Of a DNA stretch of 64,000 nucleotides, positions 12,443 through 24,794 are shown piece after piece (position 1 is the stretch's first letter; the number at the start of each line of letters is the position of its first letter). This stretch comes from Rhina ancylostomus. Lineage: Eukaryota. Under the pieces are notes generated by a model, which saw nothing but the letters and a program-made list of their open reading frames with translations, was not told the origin of the DNA and made no database searches. The stretch covers positions 17,819,477 through 17,883,476 of the forward strand of contig JARFYF010000053.1 of assembly GCA_030265395.1 (NCBI GenBank), in the 5' to 3' direction. A program made the translations under genes and the position numbers.

Positions 12443-14176
12443 CTATTCATGGAAACACATTATTTACACTAATACACTTCAACATTTGCTCATTGTATCC
12501 AAAATGTTGACTTGCAAAATGCCAAGTGAACAGACCCTGGAAAGAATAGCCAATTATTAAGCATGTGCCATCATTGACTTTAGCTCAAAATTAACTGGTT
12601 TTGGGGTTAGTTTCAGGGAATAATAAATTCCAGAGGTCTCTAAAATATAATTCAAATGAGCTCCACTTGCATACTCAGTTCCATTTGGTTAGTAGTCATC
12701 AAGTACATCTTAGGGGAAGAAACATATTAAGATAGATACTGAAAATATATAATATGGATTTTTAGAAAATATAACAGTCACTAACTGCAATAACTGTGAG
12801 ATTACAATTTACATTATCCAAATCAGCAAGGTTTGGATAATGTAAATCACACTACACCCAAAGTTTTAGGGCTTGAAGATGTGCTAAAATATTACAGTTA
12901 AGTTCAGAAATGAAGTCTTCAATTGTAGTTAAAGCCTTCCCTCCAACTAAGCATTTATGTGAAAACTCAGAATCACAATGTTTTTACTGAGGATGATGAC
13001 AATTGTTGTAAAGTGCTCTGATATGCTTTTATACAAACCTGCAAACTCTATTCCATCAGCTTAGCTCTATCTTCCAAAGGCATTGGTGACTGAAGACATC
13101 CAATTCATCCCAGATTCATCTGTGTGGAGATCCTGAATTTGAGTGTGTATCTAGTGTGTAACAGTTTAAGTACCGGTGAAGACGAGTTTATCAGTTACGA
13201 TGATAAAACACCATAAATGAAGGATTACCTTTTTCATCCATGCCACTGTTCTGATGTAATGTCAGTTTCTGAAATGTTATGGTGCAATGCATGGTGTAGC
13301 AGAAACAAATTAATAACTTACACTTGACTTTTTCTCTTTCACGTNNNNNNNNNNNNNNNNNNNNNNNNNNNNNNNNNNNNNNNNNNNNNNNNNNNNNNNN
13401 NNNNNNNNNNNNNNNNNNNNNNNNNNNNNNNNNNNNNNNNNNNNNNNNNNNNNNNNNNNNNNNNNNNNNNNNNNNNNNNNNNNNNNNNNNNNNNNNNNNN
13501 NNNNNNNNNNNNNNNNNNNNNNNNNNNNNNNNNNNNNNNNNNNNNNNNNNNNNNNNNNNNNNNNNNNNNNNNNNNNNNNNNNNNNNNNNNNNNNNNNNNN
13601 NNNNNNNNNNNNNNNNNNNNNNNNNNNNNNNNNNNNNNNNNNNNNNNNNNNNNNNNNNNNNNNNNNNNNNNNNNNNNNNNNNNNNNNNNNNNNNNNNNNN
13701 NNNNNNNNNNNNNNNNNNNNNNNNNNNNNNNNNNNNNNNNNNNNNNNNNNNNNNNNNNNNNNNNNNNNNNNNNNNNNNNNNNNNNNNNNNNNNNNNNNNN
13801 NNNNNNNNNNNNNNNNNNNNNNNNNNNNNNNNNNNNNNNNNNNNNNNNNNNNNNNNNNNNNNNNNNNNNNNNNNNNNNNNNNNNNNNNNNNNNNNNNNNN
13901 AATGTACAGAAAAGGCATCATGTCTGTCAGATTTACAAAGCTGCAGTGTGGCTCAGAATGTTTTGTTGCTATGACAACTTCATTGTTAGTGCTGTTGAGA
14001 ATCACATTTGTAGTACAAGACTTGCAAAATTATTGCTTGCAGTCCTTTCTTGCTGCAGAACAATTTCCAATGGGAAAAAGCCATAATGGTTTTCTTTTTC
14101 AGCTTAGAAATCCTTGTTTCCAGTTCATACCCTCATTATTCTCATTAAAGAATAGTTTGTTGCATTAAATGCACAG

Positions 14177-14273
14177 TTAGATGCTGTCAGATAATTCCTG
14201 ACTGCTGTCTCTAGTGTCCAGCACGTACCCATTTGTTAATCCTTTAGCATTCCATGTTTTTACTCTGCAGTCA
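14177..14273 (-). CDS. KIF21B: KIF21B distal alternative terminal coding exon (SDCRVKTWNAKGLTNGYVLDTRDSSQELSDSI*)
   Basis: ctttcag acceptor, same phase 2, starts with the same DCRVKxWN WD40-closing motif, TAA at 14177-14179. Confidence 0.85.
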
Positions 14274-14829
14274 CTGAAAGAAATGTTAAAAACAAAATAA
14301 GGAAACAAATTCCGTTCAATAACCACAGTGAGCTACTTTTGTTTCATTGCTGGGATATTACAAAAATAACTGTTAAGAATAATTCTACACATGTCAATTT
14401 CAGATTATTTCACACCAGAATACATCAAAACATCTTGAAAAGCAAACAGCTACAGGCAAGAGTGCCACCCATACCCTATTTCTCGATTCCACCCAGACAC
14501 TTGTCATCCACTGGACATTTTCAGGTGAGAAGGCAAAGCTCTGAAGAGAAGGTACACTTCTGGGACGCCCCCGTTTAGCTTTTCTGAATAGCTATCAAGA
14601 GCTTACACTAAGAGACATGGTTAGCCAAGTTATCTTATTCCCTTCATGTGAAATGCTTAATTTTGATTGGTATTCATACCTATTAACTTGGTTTTAAAGG
14701 GTCATAATTAATCCATAAACAATGGACCCTTTCTATTTACAAGTTTTTTTTCTGCACTGTTCTTGCAAAAGCTGATGTAATTGGCTATATTTAACTAATT
14801 TTAATTAAATACAAGCAAATCTGGCATAC

Positions 14830-15205
14830 TGTACAGTATTGGTCTCCTTGTTTAAGGAAGGATCTCAATGCATTGACAGAGAAAGTTTACTTGAGTACTC
14901 CCTGGATTGAGCAGGTTATTTGATGAGGTAAGGTTGGAGACGCTAAGCTTGTATCCACTGCAAGTTAGAAGAGCAAGAGGGTACTTCACTGAAACACAAG
15001 ATCCTGCAGGATTTTGACAGAGTGGATGTGGAGAGATTTCTTCTTGTGGGAGAATCTAGAATGAGGGATCACAGAGGTAGGTACAATTGCAGGATATTTG
15101 GACAGGTTCATGGATAGGAAAGGTTTCGTGGGATCTGGGTCAAATGCAGGCAAGTGGTACAAGCTTGGGATGGATGAGTTGGGCCGAAAGGCCTGTTTCC
15201 GGCAT
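14830..15205 (+). mobile_element. CR1 LINE 3' fragment
   Basis: tattggtctccttgtttaaggaaggat...ttggacaggttcatggataggaaagg...ttgggccgaaaggcctgtttcc. Confidence 0.8.
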
Positions 15206-15234
15206 GGTCATGTCACGAAGCGTAACATTATTAC

Positions 15235-15428
15235 AGCACCAGTGATCGGTTTTCAATTCCCACCACTTTATGCAAGGAGTTTTACATTCTCTCCATGACT
15301 GTGTGGTTTTCCTCCCACGTTCCAAAGACGTATGGGTTAGTGAAGTTAACATGGGTGTAATTGGACGGCACGAGCTTGTTGGGCTGGAAGGGCCTGTTAC
15401 CGTGCTGTATAAATAAAGTTTAAAGTTT
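15235..15428 (+). mobile_element. V-SINE (HE1-like) with CR1-derived tail
   Basis: ggagtttacattctctccatgactgtgtggttttcctcccacgttccaaagacgt V-domain; tail gggctggaagggcctgttaccgtgctgta. Confidence 0.8.
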
Positions 15429-15499
15429 ATGTAGCTTTATGACTGTTTAACAATACGGAATTTTCCATTTAAGAATAATGGGTGAATATATTTCTCTGA

Positions 15500-16060
15500 T
15501 GATTACAGGGGACACTGGTGAGGTCACACATGAAGTCCTGCCTACAGTTTTGGTCCCCTTATTTTGTAAAGGGTACACAAGCATTGGAGGTATGCAAGAG
15601 AGATTCAGCAGGCTAATTTGCGGGATGAAAGGGTTGTCTTGTCATGAGTGGCTAAAGAAGTGGGATCTGTATTTTTTTGAATTTAGAAGGATCGCATTGA
15701 AACATAAGATTCTGACGTGGCATGCAAGGTAGACATTGAGGTATTTCCCCAAGGAGGAGTCTCAAACAAGTGGACACAAGTACAAGATAAAGGGGCGGAC
15801 ATTTAAAACTAACGCGTTCAGCAATTTCTTCTTGCAGAGGATGGTGAATCTCTGGAAATTTCTGTCCCAGATGCTTGTGGAGGCTGGATCATTTGGGGGT
15901 ATTTAAGTAGAATGTAGACATATTTTTGGAAGATCAGGAAATTTATAGCTGTGGGGAACTGTTACAGAAGTGTACTTAAGGCTTGGAGAGGTTGAGCCAT
16001 GAACATTTGAATGGGCAGGCTTAAGGTGCCATGTGACCCACTCATGCTCCTATTGTATTC
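15500..16060 (+). mobile_element. Older CR1 LINE 3' fragment
   Basis: ORF remnant MQERFSRLICGMKGLSCHEWLKKWDLYFFEFRR; ttcttcttgcagaggatggtgaatctctggaa. Confidence 0.8.
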
Positions 16061-16444
16061 TCGTGTTCAGCAGAAATGGCAGAGGATTTCTCTCTGGTGG
16101 GGAGAATGGTGGGGAATGAGTGGACCGCTCCTGATCCTATTCTCCATGTTCAGAAAATTTACATTTTCCTCTTTTTTTCTTTCCTGAAACTTTGGCTCAT
16201 CACAGTTTGATCAACAACATTTTTCTCTTTTTTTCTATGATCAGCATTAAACTGCACACTAATTACTAACATTCCAACACCAATGTTCTTGTTTCCATCA
16301 GAAGTTACTACTTCATGAATGAACAGACCTCTTGGGACATTTTTAGCTCAGTTTGTGGTCAGAGCAAAGAAACTGTCTTTGCTACCAACTTGAAAGAAAG
16401 CCCAGCGATCCTTCTGATGTGGATTTCACCTCTCTGACTTTAAT

Positions 16445-16450
16445 TTTATT
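16445..16450 (-). terminator. Possible poly(A) signal for the proximal terminal exon
   Basis: AATAAA on the sense strand with a TGTAAATA element at 16591-16598; lies before the LINE-rich stretch that separates the two last exons. Confidence 0.3.
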
Positions 16451-18393
16451 CTGGCTTCATCATGATAAATATGTCAACAGATAAGTTGAGCAGTCAATCA
16501 CATTGAAGAATCCTTACCGACAATTAAGAAGAAAATAAAGAGAATTTTTAAATTAACATATAAAACTGTAATTTAAATGTTCATTTCAAGTATTTACAGA
16601 GAGTGAAATAAATACCAAAGCAAACACATGAAATTAAGATGCTGAAAAATAATAACATTTACTTTTGGAAAAAATTGCATTTTTTCTTGGGAAGCCAGAT
16701 GCCACACATAAGATTAGTTTGTCAAGCCAAGGGAGGTAATTATAGCACAATGTGTTCTTAAAAACTATTGCAGCTCCTTCAATAAAACTTGGCTTTGGAG
16801 TAATGTGTGCAAAAAGGTGAAATTCATGTCAATTTAGTGACTGAAAATTTCCATCCGTGAGGTGCACTGTGTGGGAGGAACAGAGTAAAACCCATGACAA
16901 AGAATGGATTCCAGTTGTGTTCTCTTCCACTGTTTAATGATTGCAAATGCACTGACAGCACAGAATCCTGGTGATTAATTTTGCACATATCTCACTTTTT
17001 AATCAGGTTGTTTGCAGGTGAGGGGTGGGGATGAGAAGGTGTTGACACCATGACCAGACACCATCTTAAGTTAGAAGTTGACATAAACCTTGTATATTAA
17101 CTGGAGCCATTGTTTGTTGAGAAGGAGGCATTAATTGGGTACAATTCCACTCATTGGTTATTTCTTTAAACATTTAAATCCACCTGAAAAAAAATAGTTA
17201 AAGAAAGGAAATGGCTGACTTAACTAAAAGGCTGTAAGTGCACTGAAATATTTAAATATAAAAAATGTGAATGTTCCCTTAAAATGATTCTGCTTGAATA
17301 GCTATTGCATTAGAAAACCTCAACTTTTGGTAAACTAGAACTATTTCAATTGTAATGCATTTTTATGAGCTACTTTTCCCTTAGGAATCATAGGATTTTG
17401 ATCTCTTGCTACTTCTAAAGTTATAGTTACAGCCCTCAAGTAAATCATTGCCAACAGACCATAACACAACCAGGTCTGTACTCCAATTCTTCATAAGAGA
17501 TTCAATTCAGCCTTTCAAATTTCAATAGTTTTTCTCTGTGTAATTTCATACCTTCATCTCACAACTGGTACATAAAATTAGGTGCAGTGATAAGAATATA
17601 ATCAAAATGGTACAATAGAAGAAAGTTAACATCAATTTAAAATGTTAACACTTTCCTATTGTAAGGTGATGTGGATAGATATGTAGCTTTTAAATAATGA
17701 TTTAGATTAAACAGGTTATTACGAAAGCATAGGTGTAAAGTCACACAGATTTGATGACATTGTTTGCTTTTGTATCCTCTTCCCTGCCTTTCCACTTCAC
17801 TCCTCATTGCAGTCACATTATGTCCCTCAAACTGATGGTTGGAGTCATCAGCTATTACAGATACACCAAGGAGATAATTAATGCTACTGTGCCTATATCA
17901 AACCAGCATGAATCCTTCTGCAGATCGGCATCGTCTCATTAGTGTTATTCCTCACTTAGTCGAATAGTTCTGCTGGCAAGACACCTTCATGTGGATTTAA
18001 AATTGTGCTGTGCACGTGAGGCAGCAGAGTCTGCAAACAGATTTTGCTCGTCTCGGTCTTTGAGTGCTATGAGAGGGACTTCAACATTCTAATGGCATAA
18101 CTGGACTCGTATCATCTGATATTTTACTGTACATGGTCAGAAATTCTAATCAACTGGGGTGTTAAAGAATGTAAATATTTGGGGAAGAGTTGAACAAGAA
18201 TTGGGTTTCCAGAAGATATTGAACCCCATTATTNNNNNNNNNNNNNNNNNNNNNNNNNAACCCACTGGACCTGAAGTTCAAAATGGAGAAATTCATGACT
18301 TTTGCTTTTACTTAGAAAGGCTTAGTAGACAAATCACCATACCGATGAGCAGCAAAGAAGAATCAAGTACGGAGAAGAGCAGAAATCAGGGGT

Positions 18394-18493
18394 TTAAGGT
18401 ATACTACTGGCACGGCTCTTAATGGCAAGGACACGTCGAGGCAAACAAGGAGTTAGGCCTGCAACATAATTCCATAGCTTCACCCGGCAATCG
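18394..18493 (-). CDS. KIF21B: KIF21B proximal terminal coding exon ([33 protein letters not shown])
   Basis: Long pyrimidine tract plus ctacag acceptor, phase 2, TAA at 18394-18396; closely resembles the canonical KIF21B C-terminus. Confidence 0.93.
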
Positions 18494-19717
18494 CTGTAGC
18501 AGAAAGGAAAGAGAAAAAGAGAGACAGGGGTATAATACAAGTCTGAAAGGTGTAAGGAAGAAAGAGATCCAAGGATCTGTAGATGTATGACACAGGAATT
18601 ATCTTTTTAATCATCCAATTATTGAATGAATACAGATGCTATTTAAGAGAGCATCGTTGTGGTAGGAAATAAGGCTGTCTTCTCCTACCATCCCGAAAAC
18701 AAAAGTATTTAATGGTCTTAAGCTGGAGTAAGGCACAAGTAAAGCAACACAAAGCACCTTCCAACAACCAGGAGCAACATTTATGAATGTGCAGTTACAA
18801 GCCACACAGCCACCCCTACAACCTAGACTTTCAGTCTCTTGTCCTTAGCTGTAAAGTTGGAACGGGTACTATTCAAGAGTCAAAAGACGGCTGGTGCTTG
18901 CAAAATCAGCATGTCAATTTATGATAACTGTTCATGGTGTAATCCAATATGAGATTCTTAAGGTTCTTCTTGTTTCTAGTTGTTATTGAAGGCTTTGGGG
19001 CAACCCAAATTAGAGCCAACTTTATTCTGTGAGCAGTACCTGGTCAATCTTCATGAAAGCAAGGACAGTTAGCACATCTGCTTGTCCTTGTGAAACTTCC
19101 TGCTTTTACCTACTATAACTGTACAGATGTTGGGACTCCCAAGCAAAGGCAGAAGTCTCAAACATTTGCATAGATGATGGTCTCTCTCAGGACAACTGCA
19201 CTCCACTGAATCCAACATGAGGGAGTACTCTGGCTTGGAAATCTCTCTGCTGAATCTGTTTTGTCAATCTGGTACAAATCCAGTGGGCCCATTCATTTTG
19301 ATTGGAAGGAATTTCTGTGGCTATAGGTTGCAAGGAAATTTGATTTTCATAATTTAATCCCTTTAGTTTAAATGGATGGATCTGATGCAGTGTAACACCT
19401 CAATGTTAAACAAAACTGAAAAAATTAAGGAAGTATTGCTCCAATCTTAGTAAGTTAGGAATCCAAAAACAATCTTGTTTTAATTAAATATAAATCAGAT
19501 GAAACATAATTGTAACAGTTTCAAAAAAATTGTTAATTTCCAGACATCATTTTTAAAATATACTACAAATGATTGGAAAACAAACCAGAACTAAGGGTCT
19601 GTTCACATTCTGAAACTTCTCAACTATATTTTCCCTAACAAAAAACAAATGTGTCCTTTCTTGGCAAAAAACTATTTCAATTGACTCTTGTAAATTACTT
19701 AAGTACTAATGACATAC

Positions 19718-19917
19718 CTGGAAGCAGTGAAAATCCTGCTGGAATTTGTGCATATGGCATTAATGGGACTGTCATGGCCTCTGATCTCTCCCAGTGGTGT
19801 AAAGTTGTCTATGTTCCAAACTTTAAGCATTCCTCCTCGGCAACCACTCAGCAACAGATCGCGGCCAGGTACAAATGCCAGAGCACATACCCAATCTTTG
19901 TGAGCATTAGGAATTTG
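19718..19917 (-). CDS. KIF21B: KIF21B WD40 exon ([19 protein letters not shown]...[20 protein letters not shown]), 200 nt
   Basis: tttag acceptor, AG|gtatgt donor, phase 0 to 2. Confidence 0.96.
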
Positions 19918-20543
19918 CTAAATAAAATTAAAACAAAATATGTACACTATATGGAAATATTGCAAAGCATTATCTCTTATCTCAATTTCTGGAGAAATAT
20001 TCAATTTTAAATTAACTTTTTTTGGTCATTTTACAATTCATAATAATGCTACTCATGATGAATATATTTTAATGGAAGTCAAGCTTTTTTGTAAGAAAAC
20101 AAACACAAGTCCCAATGAAACCAAGTGGCAGTTTGTGATGGGGATATGCTTTGCAGTGCCTGTCTCAAACAGACATCAGACAGGTAGCCTTCAAAATATC
20201 TGCCCGTACAATGCGTCCACACAGAATGAGGAATAAACCACTCAGCCTGTTCTGTCAGTCAATTAATCAAGGTGGGCATATTGTGAAATATTCAAATTTG
20301 CAAATAGTATTATACTGTAGAATTGGCTGAAAGCCCACAATAGATGCAGGTACTATTAATGACAAAAATCACCATGAGTAGGTTAAACAGTTGTGAACAA
20401 GCAAAGGTTAAGTCTTTGCCTAAGCATGATAAACAAAAACATTTGTTTTACTTAAAAAAAATAGAAACGGAAAGAAAATTAATTATAAAACTAATCTGAA
20501 GCCTTCTGTTCCAAATGAAAAGGTCAAAGAATCATTTGCGCAC

Positions 20544-20714
20544 CTGTATGAGTTCTTGTCCTTCCAAGTCCCATTTTTTAATTCCATTGTCTCTGGATCC
20601 ACTGAATAGAATATCACCATGGATTCCCAGGGATTCAATTCCATCATAGTGTGGAGGCTCAAAATTATGTGTGGGACCAACATTTCCCAGAGTACTTTCA
20701 GCAATTTCAAACTT
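20544..20714 (-). CDS. KIF21B: KIF21B WD40 exon ([27 protein letters not shown]...[12 protein letters not shown]), 171 nt
   Basis: ctacag acceptor, CAG|gtgcg donor, phase 0/0. Confidence 0.96.
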
Positions 20715-21442
20715 CTGTAGAGCAAATAAATAGTTGTTAATATTTGAAAATCTAAACATAATCTGTGGTAATTTAAAAGAAATGTAGGGTGGTGCAAATT
20801 AAACTCTGAGGAAATATAGGTCTAGAAATTCTTCAGTTCATGCTTTCACATGTTGGGGAGATGATGTGCAGAGAAAAACAGGCGTGTACCACAACAATTC
20901 CAAACTAAATCACATGGGTCTGTCATGCTACCTCACAGGACACCCAAGGTACCACATGCAGTAGAACTAGCAAATTCCCATCTTCCAGTTTGGCAAATCC
21001 CATTAATGCTACGTGCTAGGCTTTCTATGAACTCCCAGGGCAACAGTATCCACAGTGGAAGTGGCTGGGAGGTCAGGACAAGAAGTGCATGTCAGATGCT
21101 CAGCTGGACAACATCAGGAACAGCTTTGGAAGGAGATTTTGTGTTCTGGGAAGAATATTGGTTTAGTGGTATGGGTGCCCAGCAGTTTTTGGTGAGTGGG
21201 TAAAGATCTTAGGGTGTCTTGAAGTTAAGCAGCAGCCAACTCCCCAGCAGTGACCCAGGAAATGACAGGCTTCTGTAAGGTAGCAGCAGGACTTAACCCC
21301 CTGGTTAGGACCTGCTTCTGCAGTTGAGGTCCACATTGCTCATTAATTGCGTAAATGGCATAATAGAGGATCATGCAAGCATATCATTCACGCATAGCCA
21401 ATAGCGTACTTTGTACTTTGGTCACATGCATGATGGAATACC

Positions 21443-21827
21443 ACATAAGAGCATAAGAAATAGGAGCAGGTGTAGGTTCGTCAAGCCTGCTCCACCATTC
21501 AATAAGACCATGGGTAATATGGTTGTAGACTCAGATCCACCTACCTGCCTTTTCCCCCATAAGCCTTAATTTCCCTACAATGCAAAAATCAGTTTAACAG
21601 TGTCTTAAATATATTTAATGAGGTAGCCTCTACTGCTTCCCTGGGCAGAAAATTCCACAGTTTCACTGGTCTCTGGGAAAAGCAGTTTCCCCTCATCTCC
21701 AATCTGTCTATTTCTCTTGTTTCCTGGTTCTAGTCTAAACTACCAACGGATACAACTTTCCTGCCTCTATCTTCTCTATCCCTTTCATAATTTTATATGT
21801 TTCTAATAAGATCCCCTCTCGTTATTC
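21443..21827 (-). mobile_element. CR1 LINE 3' end
   Basis: cataagagcataagaaataggagcagg tail repeat followed by reverse-strand ORF2 C-terminal sequence. Confidence 0.88.
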
Positions 21828-21927
21828 NNNNNNNNNNNNNNNNNNNNNNNNNNNNNNNNNNNNNNNNNNNNNNNNNNNNNNNNNNNNNNNNNNNNNNNNN
21901 NNNNNNNNNNNNNNNNNNNNNNNNNNN

Positions 21928-24030
21928 CTTCTCACTTGGAAAAGCAGTTTCTCTTCATCTCTGTCCTAAATCTACTCCCTGAATCTTGAGGCTATGTGTC
22001 CTAGTTGCAGTCTCACCTACCAGTGGAAACAACTCTATCTTCTCTATCCCTTTCATAATGTTATATGTTCCTATAAGATCCCCTCTCACTCTTCTGAATT
22101 CCAGTGAGTATAGTCCCAGGCGACTCAATCTCTCCTCATAGGCTAACCCCCTCATCTCAGGAATCAACCTGGTGAACCTCCTCTGCACCACCTCCAAAGC
22201 CAGTATATCCTCAAGTAAGGAGAGCAGAACTGCACGCAGGTGTGGCCTCACCAGTACCCTGTATAATTGCAGCATAACCTCCTTGCTCTTAAATTCAATC
22301 CTCTAGCAATGAAGGCCAACATTCCATTTGCCTTCCTGATAACCTTTTGCACCTGCAAACCAACCTTTTGCAATTCAAGCACAAGCACTCCCAAGTCCCT
22401 CTGTACAACAGCATGCCGCAATCTTTCCCCATTTAAATAATAATCTGTTCATCTATTTATCCTTCTAAAGTGGATGACCTCGCATTTACCAACATTGTGC
22501 TCTGCCAGACCTTTGCCCACTCACTTAACGTATCTATATCTCTCTGCAGACTCTCCGCAACTTGCTTTGCCACTCAATTTAATGTCTCAGCAAACTTAGA
22601 TACGCTACACGGTCCCCTCTTCCAGATCGTTAAATGTATATCGGGAACAAGTGCACCGACCCCTACAGGACCCCATTCTCCACTGATTGCCAACCAGAGA
22701 AATACCCATTTAACCCAACTCTGCCTTCTATTGGTTAACCAATCCTCTATCCATGTTAGTACATTACCCCCAACTCCATGCATCCTTCTCTTATGGATAT
22801 GTCTTTGATGCAGCACTTTATTGAACGCCTTCTAGAAATCCAAGCATACAACATCCACCTGTTCCCCTCTATCCACTGCACTCATTATATCCTCAAAGAA
22901 CTTCAGTAATTTTATCAAACAGGACCTGCCCTTCCTGAATCCATGCTGTGTCTGACTAATGGAACCATTTCTATCCAGATGTCTTGCTTCAAGCATTTTT
23001 CCAACTACAGACATTAAGCTAACTGGCCTATAGTTACCTGCCTTTTGCCTACATCCTTTTTGAAACAGTGGTGTGACATTTGCTGTCTTCCAATCCGCAG
23101 GTCTTGCCCAGAGTCCAGAGAATTCCGGTAAATTATCACAAACGCCTCTACTATAACTTCCACTATTTCTTTCAGTTCCCTGGGATGCATCCCATCAGGA
23201 CCAGAGGATTTGTCCACCTTTAGGCCCACTAAAGGTGGTCATCACTACCTCTTTAGCAACAGCGATTATATCAGGTTCCTCACCTCCCATCGCATCCATA
23301 ACATCTCTCTTTGGCATGTTAGATATGTCCTCCACTGATACAAAAAAGTCATTCAAGGCCTCGGCCATTTCCACATTACCCAATATTAATTCCCCCTTCT
23401 CATCTTCCAAGGGACCTACGTTCACTTTAGCNNNNNNNNNNNNNNNNNNNNNNNNNNNNNNNNNNNNNNNNNNNNNNNNNNNNNNNNNNNNNNNNNNNNN
23501 NNNNNNNNNNNNNNNNNNNNNNNNNNNNNNNNNNNNNNNNNNNNNNNNNNNNNNNNNNNNNNNNNNNNNNNNNNNNNNNNNNNNNNNNNNNNNNNNNNNN
23601 NNNNNNNNNNNNNNNNNNNNNNNNNNNNNNNNNNNNNNNNNNNNNNNNNNNNNNNNNNNNNNNNNNNNNNNNNNNNNNNNNNNNNNNNNNNNNNNNNNNN
23701 NNNNNNNNNNNNNNNNNNNNNNNNNNNNNNNNNNNNNNNNNNNNNNNNNNNNNNNNNNNNNNNNNNNNNNNNNNNNNNNNNNNNNNNNNNNNNNNNNNNN
23801 NNNNNNNNNNNNNNNNNNNNNNNNNNNNNNNNNNNNNNNNNNNNNNNNNNNNNNNNNNNNNNNNNNNNNNNNNNNNNNNNNNNNNNNNNNNNNNNNNNNN
23901 NNNNNNNNNNNNNNNNNNNNNNNNNCAGGTAGCAATCCCGAGATTATTACCTTTGAAGTCCTACTTCTTAATTTACATCCTAGCTCCCTAAATTCCACTT
24001 TTAGGACCTCATCCCACTTTTTTCCCTATA
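21928..24030 (-). mobile_element. Long CR1 LINE copy: ORF2 RT fragments plus ORF1 esterase remnant, frameshifted
   Basis: ORFs LKVDKSSGPDGMHPRELKE, QHGFRKGRSCL, VLTWIEDWLTNRRQ, VSKFA, LEVVQRRFTRLIPEMRGLAYEERL; EFRELGCKLRSRTSKVIISGLLP resembles the SGNH-esterase ORF1 of CR1. Confidence 0.92.
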
Positions 24031-24129
24031 TCATAATACCACACCCCAAAAAAGCTTGTCTCAGTCACAACAGCCATGAAATTACTGTAACAACCCATTA
24101 GGGAAGGAGATCCAGAGCAACATACACTA

Positions 24130-24260
24130 TCCAGATGAAGGGTCTCAACCCGAAACATCAACTGTCCAGTTTCCTCCACAGATGCTGCCTGACCCACTGA
24201 GTTCCTCCAGCATCTTGTGTGTTGGTCCAGATTCCAGCATCTGTAGTCCCTTGTCTCTCC
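24130..24260 (+). repeat. Penelope-derived pseudo-LTR repeat carrying a hammerhead-like core
   Basis: ccagatgaagggtctcaacccgaaacatcaactg...gatgctgcctgacccactgagttcctccagc; same family at about 40290-40420, 46015-46075, 57100-57230, 59410-59635, 60360-60490, 61095-61185. Confidence 0.75.
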
Positions 24261-24468
24261 AGGGAAGGACATATGCCATCCTTACCTGGTCTGACCTGTT
24301 TGTGATTCCAACACACCAATGTGGTTTCCTCTCGAGTCCCTCTTCAGTTTCGGGACAGAGAATAAATATTGTGTGTTTTGGACTGGTCTAAATATCATGA
24401 AGGATTGCTTCAGGGAACAGGCAGGGGTACTGGCACAGAATGCTGAATTTTGAATCAAAGAATATTAC

Positions 24469-24586
24469 CTTCACATAATGATCTTTGGAACCAGTGATGA
24501 CCAAATCATGTTTTGTCGCTGTACTCTCCACAGTGAGGCACATTACAGGACCAATGTGACCCATCAGTTTTCCAACAGGCTGAATT
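24469..24586 (-). CDS. KIF21B: KIF21B WD40 exon ([39 protein letters not shown]), 118 nt
   Basis: catag acceptor, AAG|gtaat donor, phase 2 to 0. Confidence 0.96.
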
Positions 24587-24794
24587 CTATGATGGTGAGA
24601 AAGAGAGAAATCAATACTTGCCAAAGGGAGTACAGTGCATGAAAGAAGCAAGTTTCAGAGAAAGCACCATTTTGAAAAAAATACCAGCTCAGAAAATACG
24701 ACATCAAGGTTAGAGTTCAAATTTCTTTCTTTAAAAATAAATCAAGTCCATTGAAACTGTTACATTGTTAAATTTCATTCTTAGACAGTGACTG

